64,000 bases of DNA, taken from the NCBI RefSeq assembly GCF_963676685.1, contig NC_092354.1, positions 68,014,001-68,078,000 of the forward strand. The letters run 5' to 3'. Below, piece by piece: positions 25,791 to 37,089 of the stretch. This DNA comes from Mytilus edulis (taxonomy: Eukaryota). A program made the translations under genes and the position numbers. The notes beneath the pieces are model-generated. The model was not told the DNA's origin, did not search any database, and saw nothing but the letters and a program-made list of their open reading frames with translations. Every line of letters starts with the position of its first letter. The first letter of the stretch is position 1.

Positions 25791-26618
25791 GTTTGGAGCA
25801 AACCATAATCTGTTATGTCATATATTATACCTCAAAATAATTGTCTTTACTCATGAATACTACATGAATATGACATTGAAAAACCATAAATTCACAAACA
25901 TAACTTATTGTTGAGGAAAACAGCCCCCCTTTTTTGCAAAAAATCCAGAGCAGTTTTGAACTATTCGTTTTATTTATCAAAATATGATAAATGTGTTGTT
26001 TAAAAATCCATACAGGGCAAGCTGTCCTTTTTTAGACATTTTTAAAAATTGCTAATTAGATCACCAGAAAGAAAAACAATATGTTAACATGAAAGTGAAA
26101 GTAGGTTTATATGTCAGCCCCCTTTTTTTGCAAAAAGTCCAGAGCAGTTTTGAACTATTCGTTTTATTTATCAAAATATGATAAATGTGTTCTTTAAAAA
26201 TCCATACAGGGCAAGCTGTCCTTTTTCAGACATTTTTAAAATTGCTAATTAGATCACCAGAAAGAAAAACAAAATGTTAACATGAAAGTGAAAGTAGGTT
26301 TATATGTCCTTCAAATTGTACTTTCATTTTAGTATTCAACACATTTTTCGTTTGACTGACTTTAAATAGGTTTTATTTCTAAAAAGGACAGCTTGCCCTG
26401 CATTGATGTTTTACGAACACATTTTGCATACTTTCACAAGCAAAAATGATAATATAAATGCTCTGGATTTTTTTTTTTTATAGGGGAGTGCATTTTTCTG
26501 AATAATAAGTTATAGTTGTGAATTTATGCTTTTTCAATGTCATATTCATGTAGAGTGAGTAAAGACGATTATTTTGACGTATAATATATGATATAACAGA
26601 TTACAGTTTGCTCCAAAC
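25791..26618. mobile_element. Foldback MITE with arms of about 250 bp and an internal direct duplication of about 194 bp
   Basis: Termini GTTTGGAGCAAAC / GTTTGCTCCAAAC. The segment 25921-26114 is repeated at 26115-26308. Confidence 0.8.
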
Positions 26619-27402
26619 AGACATTATAAACAGGCCGGGATTTTGACCAAAGAAGAACCTTAAGTTGGTGGTAGGGTGGGGCTCCGGAAAATGCAAAGGG
26701 GGATTTTTTTTTTAATTTCATGGTTGATTGACTTTTTTGTTTGGATCTTGATATGTAGATGAAGATGCATTAATTGATATATAGTCGGAAACCTTCATTT
26801 TTTTTTATAGGGGGAAGGACCATTTTTTGATACTTTAGTTCAAGGCATACCGGTATATGGTGACAATGGCAGATTAAGCACCCGCCACGCCCCCCCCCCC
26901 CCCCCCCCCCCCCCCAATTTTTGTGAGTGAACAAAATTGTTTTGAAACAATAGAAAATCATTTTTAAAGTGTGACACTTGTCTGGGTTTTTTGAAATTTC
27001 TGTATCCGCCCCTGGGTGGATTGCTATTGGGTGGAACAAAACCCTGTTTTAATATAATACAATTGTACTATACTATAGTCTATAGTATATATATAAACAT
27101 AACATATTCCAAAATTCTTTTTTTTATTTGGTTCTTTGGCACATGTCAGGTCAGAATAAAGGGTTTTATGTTAGTTCCGGTAAAGGGAGCTCTGGAGGGG
27201 CAAAAAGGGGGAGCATAATTTTTTCAACTTTTTTATTTCTGGGCCGGTTTTCAAAATTCTTTTATTATTTTGATCCTTGACACATGTCAGGTCAGAATAA
27301 AGGATTTTATGTTGGTTCCGGTGGAGGGGGCTTGGAAGGGGCAAAAAGGAGAGATTAATTTTTTCACCTTTTTTTATATCTAGGCTGATTTTCAAAATTC
27401 TT

Positions 27403-28365
27403 TTTTTAGCTCACCTGGCCCAAAGGGCCAAGTGAGCTTTTCTCATCACTTGGCGTCCGTCGTCGTCCGTTAACTTTTACAAAAATCTTCTCCTCTGAAA
27501 CTAACAGGCCAAATTTAACCAAACTTGGCCACAATCATCATTAGGGTATCTAGTTTAAAAAATGTGTCCGATGACCCCACCTGCCAACCAACATGGCCGA
27601 CATGGCTAAAAATAGAACATAGGGGTAAAATGCAGTTTTTGGCTTTTATCTCTGAAACTAAAGCATTTAGAGCAAATCTGACATGGGGTTGAAAATGTTC
27701 ATTAGGTTAAGATCTATCTGCCCTGAAATTTTCAGATGAATCAGACAATCCGTTGTTGGATTGCTGCCCCTGAATTGGTAATTTTAAGGAAATTTTGCCG
27801 TTTTTGGTTATTATCTTGAATATTATTATAGATAGAGATAAACTGTAAACAGCAATAATGTTCAGCAAAGTAAGCTCTACAAATAAGTCAACTTGACCAA
27901 AATGGTCAGTTGACCCCTTAAGGAGTTATTGCCCTTTATATTCAATTTTTAACCATTTTTCGTAAATTTTTGTAATTTTTTACAAAAATCTTCTCCTCTG
28001 AAACTACTAAGACAAATTTAACCAAACTTGTCCACAATCATCATTAGGGTATCTAGTGTAAAAAATGTGTCTGATGANNNNNNNNNNNNNNNNNNNNNNN
28101 NNNNNNNNNNNNNNNNNNNNNNNNNNNNNNNNNNNNNNNNNNNNNNNNNNNNNNNNNNNNNNNNNNNNNNNNNNNNNACTGTAACTACCGGGCCAAGTTC
28201 ATTATGGATAGAGATAATAGTAAGGAGCAAGAATGTTCAGTAAAGTAAGAGCTACAAACACATCACCTTCACCAAAACACAATTTTGTCATGAATCCATC
28301 TGTGTCCTTTGTTAATATGCACATAGACCAAGGTGAGCGACACAGGCTCTTTAGAGCCTCTAGTT
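27403..28365 (+). mobile_element. Helentron/HINE-like bivalve repeat with internal tandem core; spans the assembly gap at 28078-28177
   Basis: 5' TTTTTAGCTCACCTGGCCCAAAGGGCCAAGTGAGC hairpin, a CGT microsatellite, and 3' AGGTGAGCGACACAGGCTCTTTAGAGCCTCTAGTT hairpin. A related fragment lies at about 19150-19560. Confidence 0.75.
28078..28177. other. Assembly gap (100 N)
   Basis: Run of N inside a tandemly repeated element. Confidence 1.
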
Positions 28366-29078
28366 TATTTCTGTGCAGATTTCCAAAATTTTGTTTTTAT
28401 TTTGTTCCTTGGCACCATGTCGGGTCAGAATAAAGGGGTTTATATTGGTTCTGGTGGAGGGGGCTCAGGAGGGGCATTTGTTCAATATATTTCTAGGCCG
28501 ATAATGTTCTGTTATTGCTAAAAGATATCTGATTAGTTGTATAAGATATCTCATAATGTTCCTGAGATACCTAATATATTTTATAAGATATCTCATAAAT
28601 TTTATAAGATACCTTATAAAACAAATATATTAAATGTAAATACAGCTTGCCATAAATCTTATATATTTTCTTCTTTTTTTTTTAAATATCTTAATAAAAT
28701 TGAGAAAGGAAATGGTGAATATGTCAAAGCGACAACCACCCGACCATAGAGCAAACAACAGCCGAAGGCAACCAATGGGTCTTCAATGTAGCGAGAATTC
28801 CCGCACCCGTAGGTGTCCTTCAGCTGGCCCCTAAAATATGCATAATAGTACAGTGATAATGGACGTCATACTAAACTCCGAATTATACACAAGAAACTAA
28901 AATTTAAAATCATACAAGACTAATAAATTTCAGAAAATGTGAGATATCTTTTATGAAGTATTATAAGATATCTTATACTTTAGTCAATAAGGTATTGGAT
29001 TATCTTTATAAGATGTCTTATAAACAATTTTGAATAAAATATCTGATAAAGTATAATTTTGAAATCAATTTTTTTCAG

Positions 29079-32000
29079 ACTTGTGTGTGCATTCACACCA
29101 AATTAAATTGAAAGAGTTGTGTAGATTATGTGGTCAAGGGGTCAAACAAGAGAGTAGTTGTGAAAAAACATGCTTTGCTACCGAATTGCTGCAACGCCAC
29201 AACATTGATATCTATTTAGACAGCACAAGTATTCATCCAACTCAACTATGTAATGCATGTAGATGTTCCTTAAGACGATATCGAAACACACCTACTAAAA
29301 AAAGGAAGATTTCACAACAGCATGATACACCAGTGACATTTGTGGAACACTCACATAACTGTGATTTATGCTATCCAGACTGCAATGTGGATTCATTTTC
29401 AGACCAAACCCCTTTATCGAAGGTAGATAAAATTTTCACAGAATTTAAAACACTTTCTTTTGACGAAAAGAAAGACTTGTTGCAAAAACAAATTGACAAT
29501 GTCAAAGAAGAAATTGATTTGAAATCAAAAATAGAAGAATTTAAAGGACTGCATCCATACAATGATAAAACCTCACTTTCAAAATTTGATCTAAAGGAAT
29601 ACTTTGATTGCTTTGACGATTTTATTGTAGAACTACTATTTTGGTTGTTTGGAAAATCAAAAGTTATGAACAGTTTACCAGAATCAATCACAGTCATGGA
29701 ATGTATGTATCGTCTGTTTGATAGTTCATTTATAGGCCAGTGGTCATTTTTACAAAACATTGTTATTTTCTCAGCTTCAAAAAACAAAAATGTCTGCAAT
29801 ATCTTTGGAACTTCTGTACCAGCAGCCAAATTTTCCACACTGTCAAATTTTTTATCAGATATTGAAAGCACAGAAGAAACTCCTTGCCCAGAAGGAGATG
29901 TCATATTTATGTTTGACAATGAGCAAGTAATTGGACGAAATTGGAACATCAGGGTAAAAAATCGAATCAAATCCTCAATTATTACAAATGTTGCAGTAGC
30001 TGCTGTTCATAGCCATGATGATACGGAGAGTATTCAAACAGTAGAAGAACTGATGCCCGGGAAATGGTTAAAATCAGCAGGCAACGAAGATACAATATTA
30101 AAGTTATGTGATGAAACTCTCAAGGAAGAAGTTGGTGATCAAGACAATGATACACCTTTTTTTGAAAAATTGAAAAGCGTTCATTATGAAGAGCTTTATC
30201 GACAGATAGACTTTGTCATTAATCTAACTGAAGAACAGTTGTATCTAGATGACAAAACAGGTAACTTTATGGACAACATTGACCAAATTGTTAAAGAGTT
30301 GGAAGAATTAAATGAGTCAGTAAGATGTCCTAAATGCAATTTATTGCTGGAAAAGAATAAGAGGAAATGTCCAGTGTGTCACATTCTTATGTCAGAATAT
30401 AGAAAAAATCAAGAAGTAGCTCAAAAAGAATCTGAAGAGGAAGAAAAGTCAAAGAAATGTACAGCAAAATTATACGAGAAAAGAAACAATAAGGGGCTTA
30501 ATGAAGACAAACAATCATTAGAGTCTGTTTATCGATATGAACATATTACTAGCAATCATATTTCTGAGGGTGTTGATGTAAGTGTACTTGACCCGGTTCT
30601 TGCTAATCCAAACTCTATCGAAAACATTCTCTATGTTTTGCGGCATATTGGTAAGAAAGCGGGCATAAAGCGATATGTTAGTTCTGGTAAGAGATATTGG
30701 ACAGTCATTTGCTGTGATGGGCTTCCTCACAGTTTAGTTAGAAGGCTTATTGAAGAATATCTACATTGTTCTGAATGTGATGTTGGTTGCCTTGGTATAA
30801 AAGAAATGGAAAAACATGCTAAGAAAGTGCATGGAGGTAAAGTTTCATTCTACTACGAGTTTGATTGGGTTTTATTGTTAACTGGTGATGGACACTACGA
30901 GATGAACCTAGTTAAAAGTTTTATGGAACTAAATTGGGAGGTTTTCATGAAAAACTTTGCCCAAAAGATGGGATGGATAAGTGAAGCTGCACAGAAATCG
31001 GCTAAGAAATGTTCTGACAATCACAAAGCATGGCAAATGATCCTGACATTTCACATTGGCACAATGTGTGAACTTGTTATACCATATGTAGCATATGAAA
31101 AGGGAAGAAATGAAAACCCATCGGCAGAAGGATATTTAACTTATGTGAAGAAACAAGGATATAATTCCAATTATATGTACCTTTTTGAAATGGTTTGCAA
31201 GTATACTCAGGGAATAGTAAATTTTCGAATGGCTACAAGGCGGAACAATTGGACCCTCCTACAATCTGCAAAATGGATGACTAAGGAACTGTTCCATGGT
31301 CGGAGTCATCCCAAGTACCAAGACATTGAGATATACGACCAATTTGTTCAGCATATTATGCCTGAAAAGGTTAAACAGTTTGTTAGGTTAAATGCTACTA
31401 TGTCAAAAACAGGACACCCTAGCAAAGGTCAGGGATACGACTTTATTTTAGAGGAAGAAAACAAATCTTTAAAGATATGGTTGAAGAGGGGAACTCCGAC
31501 AGACAAAATGTGGTTCAGCACATGTAGAAATCACCAGTACTTGAAGCAAATAAGGGATCATGTGTTCTCACAAATTAAATCTCAAAGTATCACAGATGGT
31601 AGAAATATAAATCTTGATGAAGAAATATTCGAATGGAGGTTACAGCTAAGGAAAACAGGTTTCCTTTACAAATATGTTGCCTTGACATCCATATCTGGAG
31701 ATATCCTGTGTCCAGATCTTTCAAAATTCACCTCAGATGCAAGCAGAAAACGGTCATACCGAATTTTAGACATGCTTCTTCAACAGGAACCGCCATCTGA
31801 TCCAACACTAAATTTCCCTGTATATGTTACTTATGCAGAGCAGGCAGAATACCTATCATTTCATAACTTGTGCATTAGAGACATTGATGTAAAGATCAAG
31901 GAAGGTTTGGAACGTATCCAAGATGAGGAAGCTAAAAAAACAATGGAGGAGTTTTTTCAAACAACAATAAAAAAGAAGAGGTGTTTGAAGGAGGACCATT

Positions 32001-32116
32001 TACATGTGCTACAAACAGTGAATGAAATAATAGAAAATCAAACCGAAATGACTATCCAACAACCTGACTATAATGATAATGATAATGACGATCTAGATGA
32101 GGGATTTTCTGTTTAA
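29079..32116 (+). CDS. Large transposase-like protein: RAG1-N-terminal/Chapa-type Zn module, Academ/DUF6589-like DDE core, and inserted zinc ribbon and C2H2 finger
   Basis: Intact 1011-codon ORF preceded by a TTTTTTTCAG acceptor. N-terminus HQIKLKELCRLCG...IDIYLDSTSIHPTQLCNACR...EHSHNCDLC. Core motifs FMFDNEQ, ICCDGLP, TGDGHYEMN, LFHGRSHPKYQ and GYDFILEEENKSLK. Zinc modules CPKC-x10-CPVC and CSEC-x12-H-x4-H. Confidence 0.75.
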
Positions 32117-32171
32117 TTAAGTGGTAAGTGAAAATTAACTATTTATAAGTCTTTTTTTTTAATTATTTCAG

Positions 32172-32303
32172 ATTTCGGAAAAGAAAATACTCCTCAATCA
32201 ATGCCAGTACCAGAAGATCATTTGTATCCCCTCATTTTCGATCATCTTGACATTACAGACATTACAGACATTACAGATATCACAGATATTGCTGGAGTCC
32301 ATG
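32172..32303 (+). CDS. Accessory-protein exon a (phase 1-1, DIT repeats)
   Basis: TTTCAG|AT TTC GGA...GTC CAT G|GTGATT, 132 nt, open frame. The donor is weak. Confidence 0.55.
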
Positions 32304-32649
32304 GTGATTTATTACACCCCCGCTTATTTAATCAGTTCATAAAATTATAATATAAAGATATTTGTTTGAGTAATCAATGGTAATAGTTACTAGAAAAAAT
32401 ACATTGACGTTTTTCTGAACAATTTTATTATCAATAGAAATTTATTGAAAAATGCACAGATCTGGGAAAACGCAACAAATGCAGCGATATGCTCAAGAGA
32501 ACAAACTAAGTTGAAAATGGCAATCATAAAAATATAAAGCAGAGACAAATTGGTCACAATGCACATTCACCACATGCATCTTAAATTTTCCTTGAAAAAT
32601 CATAAGGTTTTTATTGCTTTTAAGCGGGATATTAAAGTATCACTATTTC

Positions 32650-32731
32650 CATCTTCGCTAGCCAAGGGTTCCAATTCCACCTACTCCTCTTGTAGGAGTG
32701 GACAGATTAGAACCCTTGGCTAGTGAAGATG
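32650..32731. mobile_element. Palindromic mini-MITE of about 80 bp
   Basis: CATCTTCGCTAGCCAAGGGTTC ... GAACCCTTGGCTAGTGAAGATG. Confidence 0.8.
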
Positions 32732-32908
32732 CACAAGTGCAGGATATTCTGATCTCATTTCATTGCTAACTATATTTTTGTTTGGGGATTTGAGGTTGCA
32801 GATTCGGAGGAAAAATGTTTTGACCCAATCATCACAAGAAATTTGAAATATTTTGCAATCAACTTGGAAGTTATAAATCAGTCCTATCTAATTATAATTC
32901 TATTTCAG

Positions 32909-32971
32909 TTTCATCAGAATTGGTACTTAGTTCCAGCAGTGCACATATAGAAGCTTCAACATCTTCAATAG
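32909..32971 (+). CDS. Accessory-protein exon b (phase 1-1, Ser-rich)
   Basis: TTTCAG|TT TCA...TCA ATA G|GTAATA, 63 nt, open frame. Confidence 0.6.
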
Positions 32972-33333
32972 GTAATATATTTAAAGTCAAAATTTTCTAA
33001 AACTGTGAGTCTGTCAAAAAAAGAATGATTAATATAGATTTTCTTGTTTGTATTCTTTTTGAGACAGAAATTATCTATGAGGGACAATCTTCCACAATAT
33101 TCATGCAATGATCCTTTTATTGTATGGGAATATATTGCACGCTATAAATTTAACATTGACGTCTATACAAAAAAACAACATATCAACAGTGATAGCCAAA
33201 TTATTTGATTACAAGAAAAAAATTACTTTTAGCATGTTACACTTTCATAACGAAAATGCTCAACTCTGATTTTAGTTCTGCATTTTTTAATTTTGAAAAA
33301 ATACTGTGAAAGTGTTATTATTTTATTTGACAG

Positions 33334-33432
33334 GTAGCATCATCACACCACCACCATCCTCATCACATTCATCATATGCTGATCATGATTATGATCCATC
33401 TCTAGAACTGTCCCCTGTACTTCCAAAATTGG
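33334..33432 (+). CDS. Accessory-protein exon c (phase 1-1)
   Basis: GACAG|GT AGC...AAA TTG G|GTAAGA, 99 nt. Encodes SIITPPPSSSHSSYADHDYDPSLELSPVLPKL. Confidence 0.65.
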
Positions 33433-33529
33433 GTAAGAAGAACTGTTTTAAGCATCATATCAATGTGCAATACAAGCAGACTTTGTGCTCAAGGAAAAAC
33501 ATACATTCGAACTCCTATAAAAACCAGGA

Positions 33530-34160
33530 GTGAACCCAGGTGCTTTGGAAGGGTAAGCAGTTCCTGCTCTGTCAACAGCACCCGTCGTGAGGTCTAACAA
33601 AGTCAATCCGATATGTGTCACAATCAGGATAGGAACAAGACATGTTTATGACAATGGAAGCATGTATAATGTCATTTGTGTCACTGTTACATTGTAACGG
33701 TCAATTAATTCGTGATGACGACCGTAAAACTTCCGCAATGAAGAAGCCAGCCATTCCCTGACAAAACCCTGACTGAGCAGTTTTTGTGATAACAGCAACC
33801 CTCTCTCTAGAAAGTCATGATAAGTAATACATGCTCTAGAGTGACGGATAAGCTGAGAAATGTAAACACCATATGCTGGTAAAGCTGGTATGTTGCCACT
33901 AAGGAAAGGGAAATTGACAATGGGAAAGTTGAAGTCATCACACTTATTGTATAACTTAGTTATGAGATATCCCTCGTGGTCAGTTTCGAGAAATAAATCC
34001 AAATATGAAGTTGACTTTGGTGTGTCTGTTGTGTCCTTAATTTCAAGTTCAATAGGATACTAGTAGACAGATGAGATGTTAAAAGTCTTGAAATCTGTTG
34101 TTATTCAAGGACAAACGTCATCTATGTAACGGAAAATGAAATTAAAGGATAGGGCTAGTT
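33530..34160 (-). mobile_element. Penelope-like element RT C-terminal fragment inserted in an intron of the accessory gene
   Basis: FRYIDD-containing region near 34120 and the ORF LITKLYNKCDDFNFPIVNFPFLSGNIPALPAYGVYISQLIRHSRAC...LRKFYGRHHELI. Confidence 0.85.
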
Positions 34161-34395
34161 TCTACTTATCTACAAGTTCACATAATTGATGCAATTAATT
34201 GTTAAGAAAAGATGATATAATATCATTAACCCATGTTAAGATCTGGATTTATTTATTTTTTTACAAATACAGGTTTTTGATATTTTTTACAACTAAAGGT
34301 TCAAGACAGCCTGAATCACTCATCTTTTTTGTAAAATGTTCTGAAATAAAGTTATTGGAATGAAATAATATGTTTGATTTTCACTATTTTTTCAG

Positions 34396-34482
34396 GATCT
34401 TCAACAATGATAGGTGATCCTATAGTAGAACCACTAGCAGAGATTCATGTAGATGAAAATGAAAAAGCTAGCATGTCAAAAG
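34396..34482 (+). CDS. Accessory-protein exon d (phase 1-1, acidic)
   Basis: TTTTCAG|GA TCT...TCA AAA G|GTAAGC, 87 nt, open frame. Confidence 0.65.
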
Positions 34483-35450
34483 GTAAGCACTAAATTAATT
34501 CCTAGTTTTTCGGATTCACTAGCTACCTAAATTTGAAGATTGTGAAAAAAAAACCATTATTTTGGCCTTTTACATTTTCTTTGAGGTTTTTCCCTTCATT
34601 TCACAACAATTTACACTTTGAAAAATAAAATTGATCACAGGTGGTCATGTTTAAAATACATGATATACCCACCAACTTAAGTTAGCTTGGTACTAAAATG
34701 AAATAATCCCTAAATATTAAACAGGTCCTGTCCAAATACATTTTAGCGACATAAGCAAAATCTAGCAAAAATTGTGATCCAGTACTTTCACAGTATGATG
34801 TTTATTATTCTAATACTATTTGTTTGTAACAATGGATGTGATTGGCTATCCTTTTACTAAAAATTCGCGATTGTCTTGCCGTAACTAAGCTGCAGCCTTT
34901 CACACAGCCACCATTTTGAAATGATAAAATCCAAATGCAATATTTCTGCCACTTTGGCAAAACAAATGAATTTCATACTTTGAATAATACCTTTTGTGAG
35001 ATTTCATGAACATTTGAAGCTACGTGTCGCTAGGTAAACTCAATTTGCGACAGCAAAGCTTAAAATACAATACAATTATCTTCCCAGTTTGCATAATTAT
35101 CTCCCATTTGCAAGAGTTGTCTTTCTAATTTTAATGCCAAATTAGAGTTTTGACCCCAATTTCACGGTCCACTGAACATAGAAAATGATAGTGCGAGTGG
35201 GGTATCCGTGTACTATGGACACATTCTTGTTTTACTTTCTTTTAATGGTCCAATAAAAATCTACAGTAGATACATATCAAAGGAATTTAAACATTTTTAT
35301 ACACAATTTTTCAGAAGTGTTATATAATATGATAAAGATGCATTTCACAGAAATAACCAAGATAGAGACATTTAAGGTAAATTATGACAAAGGGGGATAG
35401 CTAAAACATATTTGGACCGAACCTGTTAAATATGTCTTTCTATTTTTCAG

Positions 35451-36073
35451 ATACCAAAAGAGATGGAAGAACTGGGCGGTTTGCCGTTAAATCTGGGACG
35501 CCAGAACAGATGAAAAGAAGGAGACAGATGGCTGACAGAAAAAAATTTATTAGAAATGTGGACTCCCTAATGGAGAAGGTTACAAAGTTTGGGGAGGATC
35601 ATGATGAGTCAGAATATTTCTTAGTTGTGAAGCACAAAAATGAGGTGCATTATACTGGCTCTACAAATTTACTTGATAATTTTAAATCAAATAATGTTAT
35701 AATGCCATTTAATGATACAATGTTCCATGCTAATCAGGAATCTATAATTCAAAGGCTAAATAAAGCCAAAATACTGAAAACTGCAGTGCAGCCATCCCCA
35801 ACAAAAGGTCCTGATCAGATGGGATTTCTGCCTGGACAAAATGTCAGACAATCCCAGCTGATCAACCTACAGCTGCTGGATATTCAGTCACCTCCTGAGG
35901 AAGATCATGTCAGCGTAGAGTCAATGAAGAAGAGAATATTTACCAGAAAGAAAAGACAATTACAAAAACCCAAACCAGTAGAAGTGGAAGGAAGTAATAG
36001 AGGGAGAGGTAGGGGAAGAGGGAGAGGGAGAGGTAGAGGGCGAGGTAGAGGGCGAGGTAGAGAGGTTGACTAA
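35451..36073 (+). CDS. Accessory-protein last exon: basic helix plus beta-hairpin (MADS-like?), NLS and (GR)n tail
   Basis: TTTTTCAG acceptor, phase 1, 623 nt to TAA. Contains KRRRQMADRKKFIRNVDSLMEKV...SEYFLVVKHKNEVHYTGS, KKRIFTRKKR and RGRGRG repeats. Confidence 0.7.
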
Positions 36074-36094
36074 ATATCCAGCAGCTGTAGTATA

Positions 36095-36242
36095 TCAGTT
36101 ATCTATGCTTAAAGCCGTGGGTATTGATATTGTACCACCCTGAAGCACTTTTGTGCAGCCTGAGGCGTAGCCGAAGGTTGTACAGTTGTGCTGAAGGGTG
36201 GTACAATCTCAATTCCCATGGCTATATGGGTAATTAACAGAT
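36095..36242. repeat. Long imperfect hairpin with a GAGGCGTAGCCGAAG centre (non-autonomous palindromic element, possibly Crypton-type)
   Basis: AGCCGTGGGTATTGATATTGTACCACCCT...AGGGTGGTACAATCTCAATTCCCATGGCT. Confidence 0.7.
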
Positions 36243-37089
36243 TTATCCCCGGCTTGGCTTCAATACGGAAAGTACATGCATCATAAATGAAATGTAAGCG
36301 ACGCAATTCCAACGTCTTTTTCATTACGCGTTGAAATAAATATTCCGATATATCTTTATAAAGGGAAAAAGTTTTTACCGATGTTAAAATCTCATAAAGT
36401 TGATTTCAAAGACAAAGCAAGGTAACACATAAAAACTTAGAGAATCACATTGACTCTGATCAGAGCGAAACAGGGTGCGTGAACTGGTCTCCAGTGATGC
36501 ATGCATTACCGTCTATGCGAATCCATACTCACTCAAAATGTCAAACTTGGGAATGTGAAACAATCGAAAGTCCAATAGATTAGACGACTATTCAAGTATC
36601 TACAAAATAAAAACAATGTAAGTAATAGGGATCGATATATCAGTTAACCATGTCGTGGTGGTGACCGTATAACTTATGTCGTATCGATTCAGTCAATCCT
36701 ATTGAAAAAAAACTTGTGGAGCCTTTTTTTATTTTAACTCAAAACCATTTGACTGCCAAAAACGTATGTATTATATGAGCATACATCAGTGTATCACAAC
36801 AAAACGATAGCATGGAGGGGAATGCACTGCCGCAAAAAAGAAACGTTGATAACGAGATGTCTGACGCAGATGCAAAGTTTTGAGACGTTCATCGATCATC
36901 TGTGTCAATTTCGAGAAAAAAAGATATGTAGATTTTGATCATTATTATGGAATTTTAAACAATCAGTTTTTGTGTTTCAGTTTGTTTCTACTCATATAAG
37001 AACAGAGTCGACCAGAAAGAGTGCACATTTAGTACCCATGTGTGTACCAGTAATAGAACAAACTTTTTGATTATTAAAATGTCTAGCAT

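Noticed and set aside
29371-30730. Antisense ORFs of 199 aa and 70 aa inside the transposase
   Set aside because: These are shadow ORFs of a long coding strand with no recognisable motifs.
29079-32116. A true RAG1L/ProtoRAG or Chapaev transposase
   Set aside because: Only the N-terminal zinc module is RAG1-like. I recognise no RING, nonamer-binding domain or Transib-type core, no convergent RAG2-like kelch gene, and no CAC-starting RSS-like TIRs.
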